Sequence record: NZ_CP020440.2
Direction: 5' to 3' (one strand)
Source: a plasmid
DNA: 64,000 nt
The position numbers were made by a program, and so were the translations under genes. Position 1 is the stretch's first letter; each line of letters opens with the position of its first letter. Below are positions 32,571 through 42,794 of this stretch, in pieces. The notes under the pieces are model-generated. The model saw only the letters and a program-made list of their open reading frames with translations. It was not told the DNA's origin and did no database searches.

Positions 32571-32652
32571 GGGCAGTCCTTTGTGGAACGCGAAGGACCG
32601 GGGGCTGTCTGCCCCCGGACCCCCGAGGATATTTCGGCAAGAAAGAAACGCC

Positions 32653-33495
32653 TCAGGCGGCGGGGCGCAAGCCCAGGATCTGGCGCGCCTGCTGCCAGGT
32701 GGCGACGGGGCGGCCGTATTTCTCGCAAAGCTCGGCAGCGCGTTTCACCAGGGCGGCGTTCGAAGGCGCCAGCCGGTCGCGGTCGAGGCGCACGTTGTCC
32801 TCGAGCCCGGTGCGGGCATGGCCGCCCGAGGAAATCGCCCAGTCGTTCAGCACGATCTGGTTCGGGCCGATGCCGGCGGCGCACCATGGGGCGTCCTCGC
32901 CGAACAGGCGCTTGACGGTGTAGATATAGTAGTCGAACACCTCGCGGTCGGCGGGCATGGCGTTCTTCACGCCCATCACGAACTGGACATAGGGACGATC
33001 CGCGATCTGCCCCGCCGTCCACATCTGATGCGCCTTGAGGATATGGCTGAGGTCGAAGGCCTCGATTTCCGGCTTCACCCCGTATTTCACCATTTCCGAC
33101 GCCAGCCAGTCCACCAGGTCGGGCGGGTTTTCATAGACCCGCGTCGGGAAGTTGTTCGAACCGACCGAAAGCGAGGCCATGTCGGGCGCGAGCGGCAGCA
33201 TGCCACCCCGCGCCTGTCCCGCGCCCGAGCGTCCGCCCGTCGAGAGCTGCACGATGAGGCCGGGGCAGTGCTTTTCCAGCCCCTCCTTGAGCGCGGCGAA
33301 GCGGTCCGGGTCGCTGGTCGGGCGGCCCTCGTCATCGCGGACGTGGCAATGGGCAATGCTCGCACCCGCCTCGAAGGCTTCCTGCGTCGACTCGATCTGC
33401 TCGGCCACGGTGATCGGCACCGCCGGGTTGTTGTCCTTGGTCGGAAGCGAGCCGGTGATGGCGACGCAGATGATGCAGGGATTGCCCATGGTCAC
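32653..33495 (-). CDS. DUF849/BKACE (3-keto-5-aminohexanoate cleavage enzyme) family protein inside the pca operon
   Basis: MTMGNPCIICVAITGSLPTKDNNPAVPITVAEQIESTQEAFEAGASIAHCHVRDDEGRPTSDP is typical of the BKACE TIM barrel with Zn-binding His residues. Confidence 0.8.
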   Translation of the reverse strand: MTMGNPCIICVAITGSLPTKDNNPAVPITVAEQIESTQEAFEAGASIAHCHVRDDEGRPTSDPDRFAALKEGLEKHCPGLIVQLSTGGRSGAGQARGGMLPLAPDMASLSVGSNNFPTRVYENPPDLVDWLASEMVKYGVKPEIEAFDLSHILKAHQMWTAGQIADRPYVQFVMGVKNAMPADREVFDYYIYTVKRLFGEDAPWCAAGIGPNQIVLNDWAISSGGHARTGLEDNVRLDRDRLAPSNAALVKRAAELCEKYGRPVATWQQARQILGLRPAA

Positions 33496-33501
33496 GCCTT
33501 C

Positions 33502-34113
33502 TCAGATGTCGAAGAACACGGTTTCGTTGTCGCCCTGCAGCTTGAAATCGAAGCTGTATGCGCCGGGGCCGGTCCTTTTGGCCAGCAGGGTCTGGACGCG
33601 GGCCTTGTGCTCGATCCGGGCCAGAACCGGGCATTCGGCATTGGCCGCTTCCTCGTCATCGAAATAGATGCGGGTCTGCAGTCCCACGTTGATGCCGCGC
33701 GCCACCAGCCAGATGTTGATGTGCGGCGCCATCAGCCGGCCGTCCGGAAAGGGCACGCGGCCCGGCTTGATCGTCTCCAGCCGATAGATGCCGGTGTCGA
33801 AATCCGCAGCGACCCGGGCCCAGCCGGTGACGTTCGGATCGGCCCGGCCGCGCGGGTCGTTGCCGGGATAGATGCCCTCGGCATCCGCCTGCCAGCTTTC
33901 GAACAGCGCATCGCGCAGGATCATGTCGGCGCCGTCGATGACGCGGCCGGTGATGGTGATGCGCTCGCCCTTGGCGCCCTCGCGGATGGGCGAGCCGCCC
34001 AGGTCCTCGGGATAGATGCCGGGGTTGCCGAGCGCGTTCGGGGTCAGCCCGATGTGGACATAGGGGCCCGCCGTCTGCGAGGGCGTTTCCTTGAGATAGT
34101 CCAGCTTCTGCAT
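33502..34113 (-). CDS. pcaG: Protocatechuate 3,4-dioxygenase alpha subunit
   Basis: This is the internal Met of ORF 33502..34191, [26 protein letters not shown]... Its ATG overlaps the pcaH stop. Confidence 0.9.
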   Translation of the reverse strand: MQKLDYLKETPSQTAGPYVHIGLTPNALGNPGIYPEDLGGSPIREGAKGERITITGRVIDGADMILRDALFESWQADAEGIYPGNDPRGRADPNVTGWARVAADFDTGIYRLETIKPGRVPFPDGRLMAPHINIWLVARGINVGLQTRIYFDDEEAANAECPVLARIEHKARVQTLLAKRTGPGAYSFDFKLQGDNETVFFDI

Positions 34114-34907
34114 CACAGCCCCTCCTTGCGGTTTTCGAAGAACGACTGGCGGCGGCCGCGCAGCACGATGTCGAACTTGTAGGCCAGACAATCCATCGGG
34201 ATCGCCCGGTTCATGTCAAGCGGCGCGACCAGCGCCTGGATGGCGCGGTCCTGCCCGATGGTGTTCACGATGGGGCATTTCGCGATCAGGGGGTCGCCCT
34301 CGAAATACATCTGGGTGATCAGGCGCTGACCGAAGCCCGAGCCGAAGACCGAGATGTGGATGTGCATCGGCCGCCAGTTGTTGACGTGGTTCGGCCAGGG
34401 ATAGGCGCCGGGCCGCACGGTCAGGAATTCATAGGATCCGTCGCGGCCCGTCAGGGTGCGCCCGCAGCCGCCGAAGTTCGGGTCCAGCGGCGCCAGGTAG
34501 CCGTCCTTCTTGTGGCGATAGCGCCCGCCGGCATTGGCCTGCCAGATCTCGACCAGCACGCCCGGCACGCCGCGGCCGGTTTCGTCCAGCACCCGGCCGT
34601 GCATGATGATGCGTTCGCCGATCGCCGGATCGCCGGTGAAGTTCATGATCAGGTTGTTGTCCAGGTCCCCGATCATCGAATGGCCGAAGGCCGGGCCGGT
34701 TTCCTCGGACAGCGTCGATCCCAGCGCGACCAGCGCGCGCTGCGGGGCGCGGGTCATCGAGGTCTTGTAGCCCGGCGTATAGGCCGGCGGATGCCAGTCG
34801 CGGTCGCGAAAGAACAGCGGTCCGGGGACGACCGAATGGTCGGTCTCGTCCCCGGCGGGGTTGTTGAGATGGGGCTTGACCTGAAAATCGGCCTGGCTGC
34901 GGTTCAT
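34113..34907 (-). CDS. pcaH: Protocatechuate 3,4-dioxygenase beta subunit
   Basis: This is the tail of ORF 34113..35366, [17 protein letters not shown]...[25 protein letters not shown], the intradiol dioxygenase Fe-ligand region. Confidence 0.9.
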   Translation of the reverse strand: MNRSQADFQVKPHLNNPAGDETDHSVVPGPLFFRDRDWHPPAYTPGYKTSMTRAPQRALVALGSTLSEETGPAFGHSMIGDLDNNLIMNFTGDPAIGERIIMHGRVLDETGRGVPGVLVEIWQANAGGRYRHKKDGYLAPLDPNFGGCGRTLTGRDGSYEFLTVRPGAYPWPNHVNNWRPMHIHISVFGSGFGQRLITQMYFEGDPLIAKCPIVNTIGQDRAIQALVAPLDMNRAIPMDCLAYKFDIVLRGRRQSFFENRKEGL

Positions 34908-35287
34908 GGATGGGTCTCCTCCATTTCGGCGAAGGTGTCCTTCGCGATCTTGATGGCATGGTTCGCGCGCGGCACGCCGGCGTAGATCGCGACATGCAAA
35001 AGCGCCTCGAGCACATCCTGCCGGCTGGCGCCGGTGCGGGCGGTGGCGCGGATGTGCATGGCCAGTTCGTGGTCGTTGCCAAGCCCCGCCAGCAGCGCGA
35101 TGGTCAGCATCGAACGTTCGCGCTTGCTGATCGTGTCGCGCGACCAGACCGAACCCCAGGCGCCTTCGGTGATCAGCGTCTGGAAGGGCGCGTCGAAATC
35201 GGTCTTGGCGGCCTCGGCGCGGTCCACATGGGCATCGCCCAGCACCGTGCGGCGCGTGGCCATGCCCTGGTCGTAGCGGTCGGTCAT
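34904..35287 (-). CDS. pcaC: 4-carboxymuconolactone decarboxylase
   Basis: This is the tail of ORF 34904..36118, [50 protein letters not shown]..., in the AhpD-like fold family. Confidence 0.9.
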   Translation of the reverse strand: MTDRYDQGMATRRTVLGDAHVDRAEAAKTDFDAPFQTLITEGAWGSVWSRDTISKRERSMLTIALLAGLGNDHELAMHIRATARTGASRQDVLEALLHVAIYAGVPRANHAIKIAKDTFAEMEETHP

Positions 35288-36063
35288 CGGGCGTGTTCCT
35301 GGACAAAGGGGGCAAGGATCGCGGCATAGGCCGCGGGCTGTTCGACGCAGGGCAGGTGGCCCGCATCGGGAATGACGTGGAAGGCCGCGCCGGGGATCAG
35401 GTCGGCGGTGGCCTTGACCAGTTCGGCGGGCGAGGATCCGTCCTGATCGCCCGCGATGACCAGCACCGGCAGGCGCAGGCCGGCGGTCCCGGCGGCCAGG
35501 TCGGTCGCGGCCAGCGCCTCGCAGGCGGCGGCATAGCCGGCGACCGAGGTGCGCACGACCATGTTGCGCCAGGCGGCAAGCTCGGGCCGGGCGCGGAAGC
35601 CGGGGGCGAACCAGCGCTCCATGATGGTATCCGCGATCGAGCCGATGCCGGGTCCGCGCACCGCCGCGATGCGGTCGGCCCAGCTTTCGGCCGTGCCCAT
35701 CTTGACGGCGGTGTTCGACAGGACCACGGCGCGCAGCAGATCGGGGCGGCGCGCCGCCAGCGACTGCGCGATCATGCCGCCGATGGACAGGCCCACGAAG
35801 ACCACCGGCCCCACGCCCAGATGCTCGATCAGCGCGGCTGCGTCTTCGGCCAGGTCGTCGATGGAAAACGCGCCGCCCTCGTCGGACAGGCCGTGGCCGC
35901 GCTTGTCGAAGCGGATCGCGCGCAGGCCGGGCATCTTGGCCAGAAGCCCGTCCCACAGCCGCAGGTCGGTGCCCAGAGAATTGGCAAAGACGACGGCGGG
36001 CCCATCGGCCGGACCGTCGACGCGGTAATGCATCGCACCCCAGGGGCGGTTCAGAACTTGCAT
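35284..36063 (-). CDS. pcaD: 3-oxoadipate enol-lactonase (alpha/beta hydrolase)
   Basis: This is the internal Met of ORF 35284..37095, [38 protein letters not shown]...[10 protein letters not shown], the nucleophile elbow GxSxG. Confidence 0.85.
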   Translation of the reverse strand: MQVLNRPWGAMHYRVDGPADGPAVVFANSLGTDLRLWDGLLAKMPGLRAIRFDKRGHGLSDEGGAFSIDDLAEDAAALIEHLGVGPVVFVGLSIGGMIAQSLAARRPDLLRAVVLSNTAVKMGTAESWADRIAAVRGPGIGSIADTIMERWFAPGFRARPELAAWRNMVVRTSVAGYAAACEALAATDLAAGTAGLRLPVLVIAGDQDGSSPAELVKATADLIPGAAFHVIPDAGHLPCVEQPAAYAAILAPFVQEHAR

Positions 36064-36129
36064 GGCATTCTCCCTTGTTCGATAATCTCTCATATCGAAA
36101 ACGGCTTGGATAATGCAAACTTCGCCCTG

Positions 36130-37044
36130 ATGGATAACCGTACCGCTATGCATCCGGGCGTCAAGCTGCGCCATATCCGCGCCTTTCTGGATATTGCCGC
36201 CGAAGGCGGGCTGACGGCCGTCGCCCGCGCGCAGGGCATCACCCAGCCGGCGCTGTCGCGTACCCTGGCGGAACTGGAAACGCTGCTGGGCCAGCCCATG
36301 TTCCTGCGCCAGGGCCGCCGCCTGGTCCTGACCGAGGCCGGGGCCCTGTTCCGCCGCCATGCCAGCGCCGCCGTCCAGGCGCTGGAGGCCGGGGCCGCCG
36401 CCCTTCGCCCCGGCAGCAGCGGCACGCTGCGCCTCGGCGTGCTGCCCACGGTCGCAACCCGCTTCCTGCCCCGCGTCGTCCTGCGCTTTCGCGAGATACG
36501 CCCCGAAATCGTGCTGGCGGCCGAAACCGGGCCGCATTTCCACCTGATGCGGCTTTTGCGCGAAGGCTCGGTCGATCTGGTCGTGGGCCGGCTGCCCGGC
36601 GCCTCCGAGATGGCGGGCCTGAGCTTCGATCACCTGTATGAGGAGGAGGTGATCCTGGCCGCGCGCGCCGATCACCCCATGCGCGCCCGCCCCGCCCCCG
36701 AGGCGCTGGCGGCGTCCCCAGTGATCCTGCCGCCCGCGACCGCGCTGATCCGGCCGGTGGTGGACAGCTACCTGGCCGCGAACGGTCTGGCCGGGCTGCG
36801 CCCCGCGCTCGAGACCGTCTCGCTGGCGCTGGGGCGCGGCATCTGCCTGGCCTCGGACGCGCTGTGGTTCATCTCGCGCGGGGTGGTGGTCCACGAACTC
36901 GACAAGGCCGAGATGATCGAACTGCCGACCGGGGCGCGGTTTCTGTCGGGCGCGGTGGGGATGACGCGACGTCAGGCCTCGGCCGCGCCGGGGCTGGCGG
37001 ATTTCGCCGAAATCGCGGCCGAGGTCGCCCGCCAGATGCCCTGA
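36130..37044 (+). CDS. pcaQ: LysR-family activator of the pca operon
   Basis: This is the internal Met of ORF 35293..37044, MDNRTAMHPGVKLRHIRAFLDIAAEGGLTAVARAQGITQPALSRTLAELE. It is divergent from pcaD, and an alternative ATG lies at 36148. Confidence 0.85.
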   Translation: MDNRTAMHPGVKLRHIRAFLDIAAEGGLTAVARAQGITQPALSRTLAELETLLGQPMFLRQGRRLVLTEAGALFRRHASAAVQALEAGAAALRPGSSGTLRLGVLPTVATRFLPRVVLRFREIRPEIVLAAETGPHFHLMRLLREGSVDLVVGRLPGASEMAGLSFDHLYEEEVILAARADHPMRARPAPEALAASPVILPPATALIRPVVDSYLAANGLAGLRPALETVSLALGRGICLASDALWFISRGVVVHELDKAEMIELPTGARFLSGAVGMTRRQASAAPGLADFAEIAAEVARQMP

Positions 37045-37189
37045 CCCGGCGGCCGGGCGACCGAAAGTTTCAAAAACCCCTTGCATGAAGTCCATTTACG
37101 CAAGGCAAATGCATTGATACTGGGCCCCGCAAGGCCGGTGCCGAAAAAAGCCGGTCCCGGATTTCCGAGCGAACAGGAGGGATTCGATC

Positions 37190-38467
37190 TTGGTGACGCA
37201 AACACAGCCGCGCGGCATGGCGGCAACGACCTGGGTGGCCAGCCTGTGCTGGATCGCCGTGGTGCTGGACGGGTTCGATCTGGTGGTGCTGGGCGCCCTG
37301 ATCCCGACGCTGACGGGGGGCGAATCGCCCTTCATGACCAAACCCGAGGCGACCTTCGTGTCGACCATCAGCCTGGTCGGGATGACGCTGGGGGCGCTGA
37401 CCATCGGCGCGCTGACCGACCGGGTCGGACGGCGCAAGGCGATGATCTGGGCGGTCGCGGCCTTTTCGGTCGCCACACTGGCCTGCGCATTCGCGCAGAA
37501 CTGGGGCCAGCTCGGCCTGTTCCGCTTCCTTGCGGGCTTCGGCCTGGGCGGCTGCCTGCCCACCGCCATCGCCATGGTGACCGAGTTCTCCTCGGGCAAG
37601 GCGGGCAAGGCCTCGACCCGGGTGATGACGGGCTATCACGTCGGTGCGGTCGCGACGGCGCTGCTGGGACTGGTGCTGCTGCCCCTGCTGGGCTGGCGGT
37701 CCATGTTCTGGGCGGGCGCCCTGCCCGGCTTCGTGCTGGTGCCGCTGATGATGCGCCACCTGCCCGAATCGCCTTCGTTCCTGCTGGCCAAGGGGCGCCG
37801 GGACGAGGCGCTGGCCGTCGCCCGCGCCAACAACCTGGTGCTCGAGCCCGAGGCCCCCACCCCCACGGCCGAGGCGGCCATTTCGGGCAGCGCCCTGTTT
37901 CGCGCGCCCTTCCTGCGCAATTCGCTGGGGATCTGGGTCACGTCCTTCATGGGGCTTCTGCTGGTCTATGCGCTGAACACCTGGCTGCCCACGCTGATGA
38001 TCGAGGCGGGCTACGGGTTGCAGCGCGGGCTGTGGTTCCTGCTCTTGATGAACGTCGGCGCCATCGTGGGCCTTCTGGTCGCCGGCCAGGTCGGCGACGC
38101 CATCGGGCTGCGCACCGCGGTCATCATCTGGTTCCTGGCCAGCGCCATCCTGCTGGCGGCGCTGTCGGTCAAGGTCCAGGTCGGGCTGCTTTACCCGCTG
38201 GTCTTCGTCACCGGCTGCTTCGTCTTTTCGGCGCAGGTGCTGGTCTATGCCTATACGGCGGCGAACCATCCCCCGGCCGTGCGGGCCACCGCGCTTGGCA
38301 TGGCGGCGGGCATCGGCCGGCTCGGCGCGATCTCGGGCCCGCTTCTGGGCGGCACGCTGGTGTCGATGGGCATCGGCCACCCCTGGGGCTTTTACGTCTT
38401 CGCCTTGGTGGGCCTGCTGGCCGCCATCGCCATCACCTCGACCCGGGTGATGCGGCAAAAGGTCTGA
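37190..38467 (+). CDS. pcaK: MFS aromatic acid:H+ symporter (4-hydroxybenzoate/protocatechuate transporter)
   Basis: It is 425 aa with 12 TM segments and the MFS motifs GALTDRVGRRKAMIWAV and LFRFLAGFGLGGCLP. It appears to use a TTG start. Confidence 0.8.
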   Translation: MVTQTQPRGMAATTWVASLCWIAVVLDGFDLVVLGALIPTLTGGESPFMTKPEATFVSTISLVGMTLGALTIGALTDRVGRRKAMIWAVAAFSVATLACAFAQNWGQLGLFRFLAGFGLGGCLPTAIAMVTEFSSGKAGKASTRVMTGYHVGAVATALLGLVLLPLLGWRSMFWAGALPGFVLVPLMMRHLPESPSFLLAKGRRDEALAVARANNLVLEPEAPTPTAEAAISGSALFRAPFLRNSLGIWVTSFMGLLLVYALNTWLPTLMIEAGYGLQRGLWFLLLMNVGAIVGLLVAGQVGDAIGLRTAVIIWFLASAILLAALSVKVQVGLLYPLVFVTGCFVFSAQVLVYAYTAANHPPAVRATALGMAAGIGRLGAISGPLLGGTLVSMGIGHPWGFYVFALVGLLAAIAITSTRVMRQKV

Positions 38468-38522
38468 TCCCCCTCGCCCGGCGCCCCGATGCGGGCGCCG
38501 GGTCCTGCGGCCAAGGCGAGCC

Positions 38523-39410
38523 ATGTCCAGCGACCAGCCGATCCCGCATTACTATCTTTACGGCGACAGCGGCGCCGACGTCGAACGCGACTTCCTGCAT
38601 GTCGAGCCGATCCTGGACCGCAGCGGCCCGCACGGCTGGCGCATCAGGCCCCATGCCCATCCCGACCATGCCCAGGTCTTTCTGATCCACCAGGGCGGCG
38701 GCACCGTCCGGTTCGAGGACCGCACCCTGGCGATCCCCCTGCCCGCCGTCATGGTCGTGCCCGCGGGCTGCGTCCACCAGTTCGAATTCCAGCCCGGCAC
38801 CGACGGCTATGTGGTGACGGCGGCGCTTGGCTGGCTGCAGGCGGCGACGGCGGGTGACCCGCAGCTGGCGCAGGTGCTGGCCGATCCGGCGGTGCTGGCG
38901 CTCGAAGGCTCGGGCATCCACGAACCCACGGTGATCGACAGCTTCGACTGGCTCCTGCGCGAATTCGTCTGGTCGGCACCCGGGCGGCGCACGGCGATCA
39001 TGGCGCTTTACCTGCGCATCCTGGTCATCGTGCTGCGCCTGCGCGTCGCGCATCAGGCCCTGGCGGGGCCCGCGCCCCTTGACCGCGACCAGGACCTGCT
39101 GGTGCGCTACCGCGCCCTGATCGAGCGGCATTTCCGAAAGCAGCGCGCGCCGGCCTTCTACGCCGATGCGCTGGCCGTCACCGTCGCCCGGCTGAACGCT
39201 GCCTGCAAGGCCCGCGCCGGGCGCACCGCCAGCGCGGTGCTGCACGAACGCATCCTGCTCGAGGCCAAGCGCATCCTGCTTTACACCGACCACACGGTCG
39301 CCCGCGTGGCCCACATGACGGGTTTCGAGGACCCGGCCTATTTCAGCCGGTTTTTTGCGCAGCGCACGGGCCGGTCCCCCGCCAGCTGGCGCAAGCTTCA
39401 GGCCGGCTGA
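38523..39410 (+). CDS. pobR: AraC/XylS-family transcriptional regulator (PobR-like)
   Basis: The C-terminal HTH is ...ILLYTDHTVARVAHMTGFEDPAYFSRFFAQRTGRSPASWR. It is immediately upstream of pobA. Confidence 0.75.
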   Translation: MSSDQPIPHYYLYGDSGADVERDFLHVEPILDRSGPHGWRIRPHAHPDHAQVFLIHQGGGTVRFEDRTLAIPLPAVMVVPAGCVHQFEFQPGTDGYVVTAALGWLQAATAGDPQLAQVLADPAVLALEGSGIHEPTVIDSFDWLLREFVWSAPGRRTAIMALYLRILVIVLRLRVAHQALAGPAPLDRDQDLLVRYRALIERHFRKQRAPAFYADALAVTVARLNAACKARAGRTASAVLHERILLEAKRILLYTDHTVARVAHMTGFEDPAYFSRFFAQRTGRSPASWRKLQAG

Positions 39411-39523
39411 CGATCCGTCCAAGTTTTTCGACGCCCCGTCCATTCCCCGGAAAGCCCCGGTTGCGCCATTTTGCCGCATCAGCGCGGGCCCCCCTCGCCC
39501 GCGACCGGAAGGGAGGAAAGACC

Positions 39524-40690
39524 ATGCGTCACCAGGTCTGCATCATCGGCGGCGGCCCCTCGGGCCTGCTGCTTTCGCTGCTTTTGCGCCGCGCCGGCGT
39601 CGATTCCGTCGTGCTGGAACGCCGCTCGCGCGACTATGTGCTGTCGCGCATCCGGGCGGGCGTGCTGGAACAGGGCCTGTGCGACATCCTGCGCAAGGCC
39701 GGCGTCGGCGCGCGCATGGATGCCGAAGGTTTCGTCCATGACGGCACCATCATCACCGCCCATGGCACCACCGTGCACATCGACTTCAAGGCGCTAATGA
39801 ACAAGTCCGTCATGATCTACGGCCAGACCGAGGTCACGCAGGACCTTTACACGGAACTCGACCGCATCGGCGCGCCGATCTTTCACGAGGCCGAGGATGT
39901 CGCGATCCACGGCGCCGACAGCGACGCGCCGCATGTGACCTTCACCCAGGGCGGCAAGCCCCACCGCGTCGATTGCGACCATATCGCGGGCTGCGACGGG
40001 TTCCACGGCGTCAGCCGCCGCACCATCCCCGAAAGCGTGCGGCGCGAATTCGAAAGCGTCTATCCCTTCGGCTGGCTGGGCATCCTGTCCGAAACCCCGC
40101 CGGCCGCCGAGGAACTGATCTATTCCGGCCACGAACGCGGCTTTGCGCTGTGTTCCATGCGCAACGCCAACCTCTCGCGCCACTATCTGCAGGTGCCGCT
40201 GACCGACACGCCCGAGGCCTGGTCCGACGACGCCTTCTGGGACGAACTCCGCCGCCGCCTGCCGCCGCATTTCGCCGAAACCCTGGTGACTGGCCCCAGC
40301 ATCGAAAAAAGCATCGCGCCGCTGCGCAGCTTCATTTCCGAACCGATGAGCTGGGGGCGCATCCACCTGGCGGGCGACGCCGCCCATATCGTGCCGCCGA
40401 CCGGCGCCAAGGGGCTGAACCTGGCCGCGTCCGATGTCTGGTATCTGTCACAGGCGCTGATCGCGCTTTACGCGGGCGATCCGGCACCGCTGCGGGACTA
40501 TTCCGCGACGGCCCTGGCGCGGGTCTGGAAGGCGTCGCGCTTTTCCTGGTCGATGACGCGGATGCTGCACCAGTTCCCGGCCGAGGGCGCGTTCCTGGCC
40601 CGGATGCAGGCGGCCGAGGTCGACTATCTGGCGCAGTCCAGGGCCGCCCAGACCGCGCTTGCGGAAAACTACGTCGGCCTGCCCTACTGA
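39524..40690 (+). CDS. pobA: 4-hydroxybenzoate 3-monooxygenase
   Basis: This is the internal Met of ORF 39461..40690, MRHQVCIIGGGPSGLLLSLLLRRAGVDSVVLERRS...GRIHLAGDAAHIVPPTGAKGLNLAASD. It has a strong RBS, GGGAGGAAAG. Confidence 0.9.
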   Translation: MRHQVCIIGGGPSGLLLSLLLRRAGVDSVVLERRSRDYVLSRIRAGVLEQGLCDILRKAGVGARMDAEGFVHDGTIITAHGTTVHIDFKALMNKSVMIYGQTEVTQDLYTELDRIGAPIFHEAEDVAIHGADSDAPHVTFTQGGKPHRVDCDHIAGCDGFHGVSRRTIPESVRREFESVYPFGWLGILSETPPAAEELIYSGHERGFALCSMRNANLSRHYLQVPLTDTPEAWSDDAFWDELRRRLPPHFAETLVTGPSIEKSIAPLRSFISEPMSWGRIHLAGDAAHIVPPTGAKGLNLAASDVWYLSQALIALYAGDPAPLRDYSATALARVWKASRFSWSMTRMLHQFPAEGAFLARMQAAEVDYLAQSRAAQTALAENYVGLPY

Positions 40691-40741
40691 CGGCGGCCGG
40701 AACGGAAAACGCCCGGGGGACGACCTCCCCCGGGCGTTTCT

Positions 40742-42652
40742 TCATGCCTTGCGGCCCTTCGGGGCATAGCCGCCCCGGTCGGCCTTGCCCTTGGCCCCCG
40801 GCTTGGCCCAGCCGGGCTTGCCGGCGAACTTGCCCTCGGGCCGGCCGGCGGGCTTCTGGTCGAACTTGCCGCGCGGCTTGTCGCGCGGGGGCGCGGCGTC
40901 ACCTGCGGCGCGCTTGGCGGCCTTGTCTGCCGTGCTCCAGCGGGCCTTTTTCGGCGCGGCCTCGGCTTCGGCTGGGCGCTCGGCCTCGGGCGTGGGGGCG
41001 GGCGCGCGGCGGGGATAGCCTTTCTTCTCGGGCGTCTCGCGGCGCGGGGGCGCGGCGCTGCGCTCGAAATTCGGCATGCCCTCCAGCCGGACCATCATCA
41101 GCCCGTCCTCAAGCTCGGTCGCCTCGCCGAAGGCCGGGGCCGCCTCGCGCGCGATCTGCACGAAGCTTTCGTGGTCGCGCACCTTGATGGCGCCGATCAC
41201 GTCCTTGGTCACGCGGCCCGCCTCGCAGATCTTGGGCAACAGCCAGCGCGCCTCGGCCCGGCCGGAATAGCCGACCGACAGCGAGAACCAGACCGAATCG
41301 CCGAAATCGCGCGGCTCGCGCGGCGCCAGCGCATCGGGGCGTTCGCGCACCACGGTCAGTTCCTCGGGGGCCGGGCGGCCTTCGCGCCACAGCCGGATGA
41401 AGGCGGCGGCGACCTGCTCGGGGCCAAAGCGCGCGATCAGGTTCGCGGCCTGCTCGGCCTCGTCTCCGGCGGGCTCGGCCAGGGCGGGATGCTCCAGCAT
41501 CCGCTGATCGTCGCGGGCGCGCACCTCGTCGGCGCTGGGGGCACCGCCCCAGGTCGCCTCGACCCGGGCGGTCTTCAGCAGGCGCTGCGCCTTCTTGTAT
41601 TCCGGCGCGACCACGATCAGCGCCGAAACGCCCTTGGACCCCGCCCGGCCGGTCCGGCCCGAACGGTGCAGCAGGGTTTCGGCATTGGTCGGCAGGTCGG
41701 CGTGGATCACCAGCTCCAGCCCCGGCAGGTCGATGCCGCGCGCGGCCACGTCGGTCGCGATGCAGACGCGGGCGCGGCCATCGCGCAGCGCCTGCAGCGC
41801 ATGGGTGCGTTCCTGCTGGCTCAGCTCGCCCGACAGCGCCACCGCCTTGAAGCCGCGGTTGCCCATCCGCGCCAGCAGGTGGTTCACATTGGCGCGGGTC
41901 TTGCAGAAGATGATCGCCGTCTGGCTTTCATGCAGCCGCAGCAGGTTGAAGATCGCCGGTTCCCGGTCGCGAACCGAAACGCTGATCGCCCGATATTCGA
42001 TGTCGCCGTGCTGGCGCGCCTCGCCCTGGGCCACGATGCGCAGGGCGTCCTTCTGGAAATCCTTGGCCAGCTTCTCGATCGCCGGCGGCACGGTGGCCGA
42101 GAACATCAGCGTGCGGCGGCTGTCGGGGGCCGATTGCAGGATGAACTCCAGGTCCTCGCGGAAGCCCAGGTCCAGCATCTCGTCGGCCTCGTCCAGGACG
42201 GCGGCGCGCAGGCCCGACAGGTCCAGCCCGCCGCGCTCGATATGGTCGCGCAGCCGGCCGGGGGTGCCGACGACGATATGGGGCCCGCGTTCCAGCGCCC
42301 GGCGTTCGGTGCGATAGTCCATGCCGCCCACGCAGGTCGCGATGCGCGCGCCTGCCTCGGCGTAAAGCCATTCCAGTTCGCGCGCGACCTGCAGCGCCAG
42401 TTCGCGCGTCGGCGCGATGGCCAGGCCCAGCGGCACGTCGGCCGGCAGCAGCACCGCGCCCTCGCCCAGGATGTCGGGCGCCACGGCCAGGCCGAAGGCC
42501 ACCGTCTTGCCCGATCCGGTCTGCGCCGAGACCAGCATGTCGCGGCCCGCCGCGTCGGCGGCCAGCACCGCCTGCTGCACCGAGGTCAGGCTGGCATAGC
42601 CCTTGGCCGCCAGCGCCGCGGCCAAAGGCGCGGCAATAGTCAGTTCGTTCAT
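40742..42652 (-). CDS. DEAD-box ATP-dependent RNA helicase with Lys/Arg/Gly-rich C-terminal tail
   Basis: This is the internal Met of ORF 40742..42718, MNELTIAAPLAAALAAKGYASLTSVQQAVL...AQTGSGKTVAFGL...PTRELALQ...DEAD(EM)...SAT...HRSGRTGRAG. Confidence 0.9.
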   Translation of the reverse strand: MNELTIAAPLAAALAAKGYASLTSVQQAVLAADAAGRDMLVSAQTGSGKTVAFGLAVAPDILGEGAVLLPADVPLGLAIAPTRELALQVARELEWLYAEAGARIATCVGGMDYRTERRALERGPHIVVGTPGRLRDHIERGGLDLSGLRAAVLDEADEMLDLGFREDLEFILQSAPDSRRTLMFSATVPPAIEKLAKDFQKDALRIVAQGEARQHGDIEYRAISVSVRDREPAIFNLLRLHESQTAIIFCKTRANVNHLLARMGNRGFKAVALSGELSQQERTHALQALRDGRARVCIATDVAARGIDLPGLELVIHADLPTNAETLLHRSGRTGRAGSKGVSALIVVAPEYKKAQRLLKTARVEATWGGAPSADEVRARDDQRMLEHPALAEPAGDEAEQAANLIARFGPEQVAAAFIRLWREGRPAPEELTVVRERPDALAPREPRDFGDSVWFSLSVGYSGRAEARWLLPKICEAGRVTKDVIGAIKVRDHESFVQIAREAAPAFGEATELEDGLMMVRLEGMPNFERSAAPPRRETPEKKGYPRRAPAPTPEAERPAEAEAAPKKARWSTADKAAKRAAGDAAPPRDKPRGKFDQKPAGRPEGKFAGKPGWAKPGAKGKADRGGYAPKGRKA

Positions 42653-42794
42653 GTGATCGCCAGAAAAGGGGGGTGCCGAACACCCGATGGACGGCACCTT
42701 GCCCTTGCGGCGGCCCATGGAAACCCGCCGCCCCGGACATGCGGAGCCAAAGCGCGCTTTCTAAGCCCAGGGCGCGCCGAAGGCAAGCGCAAAA

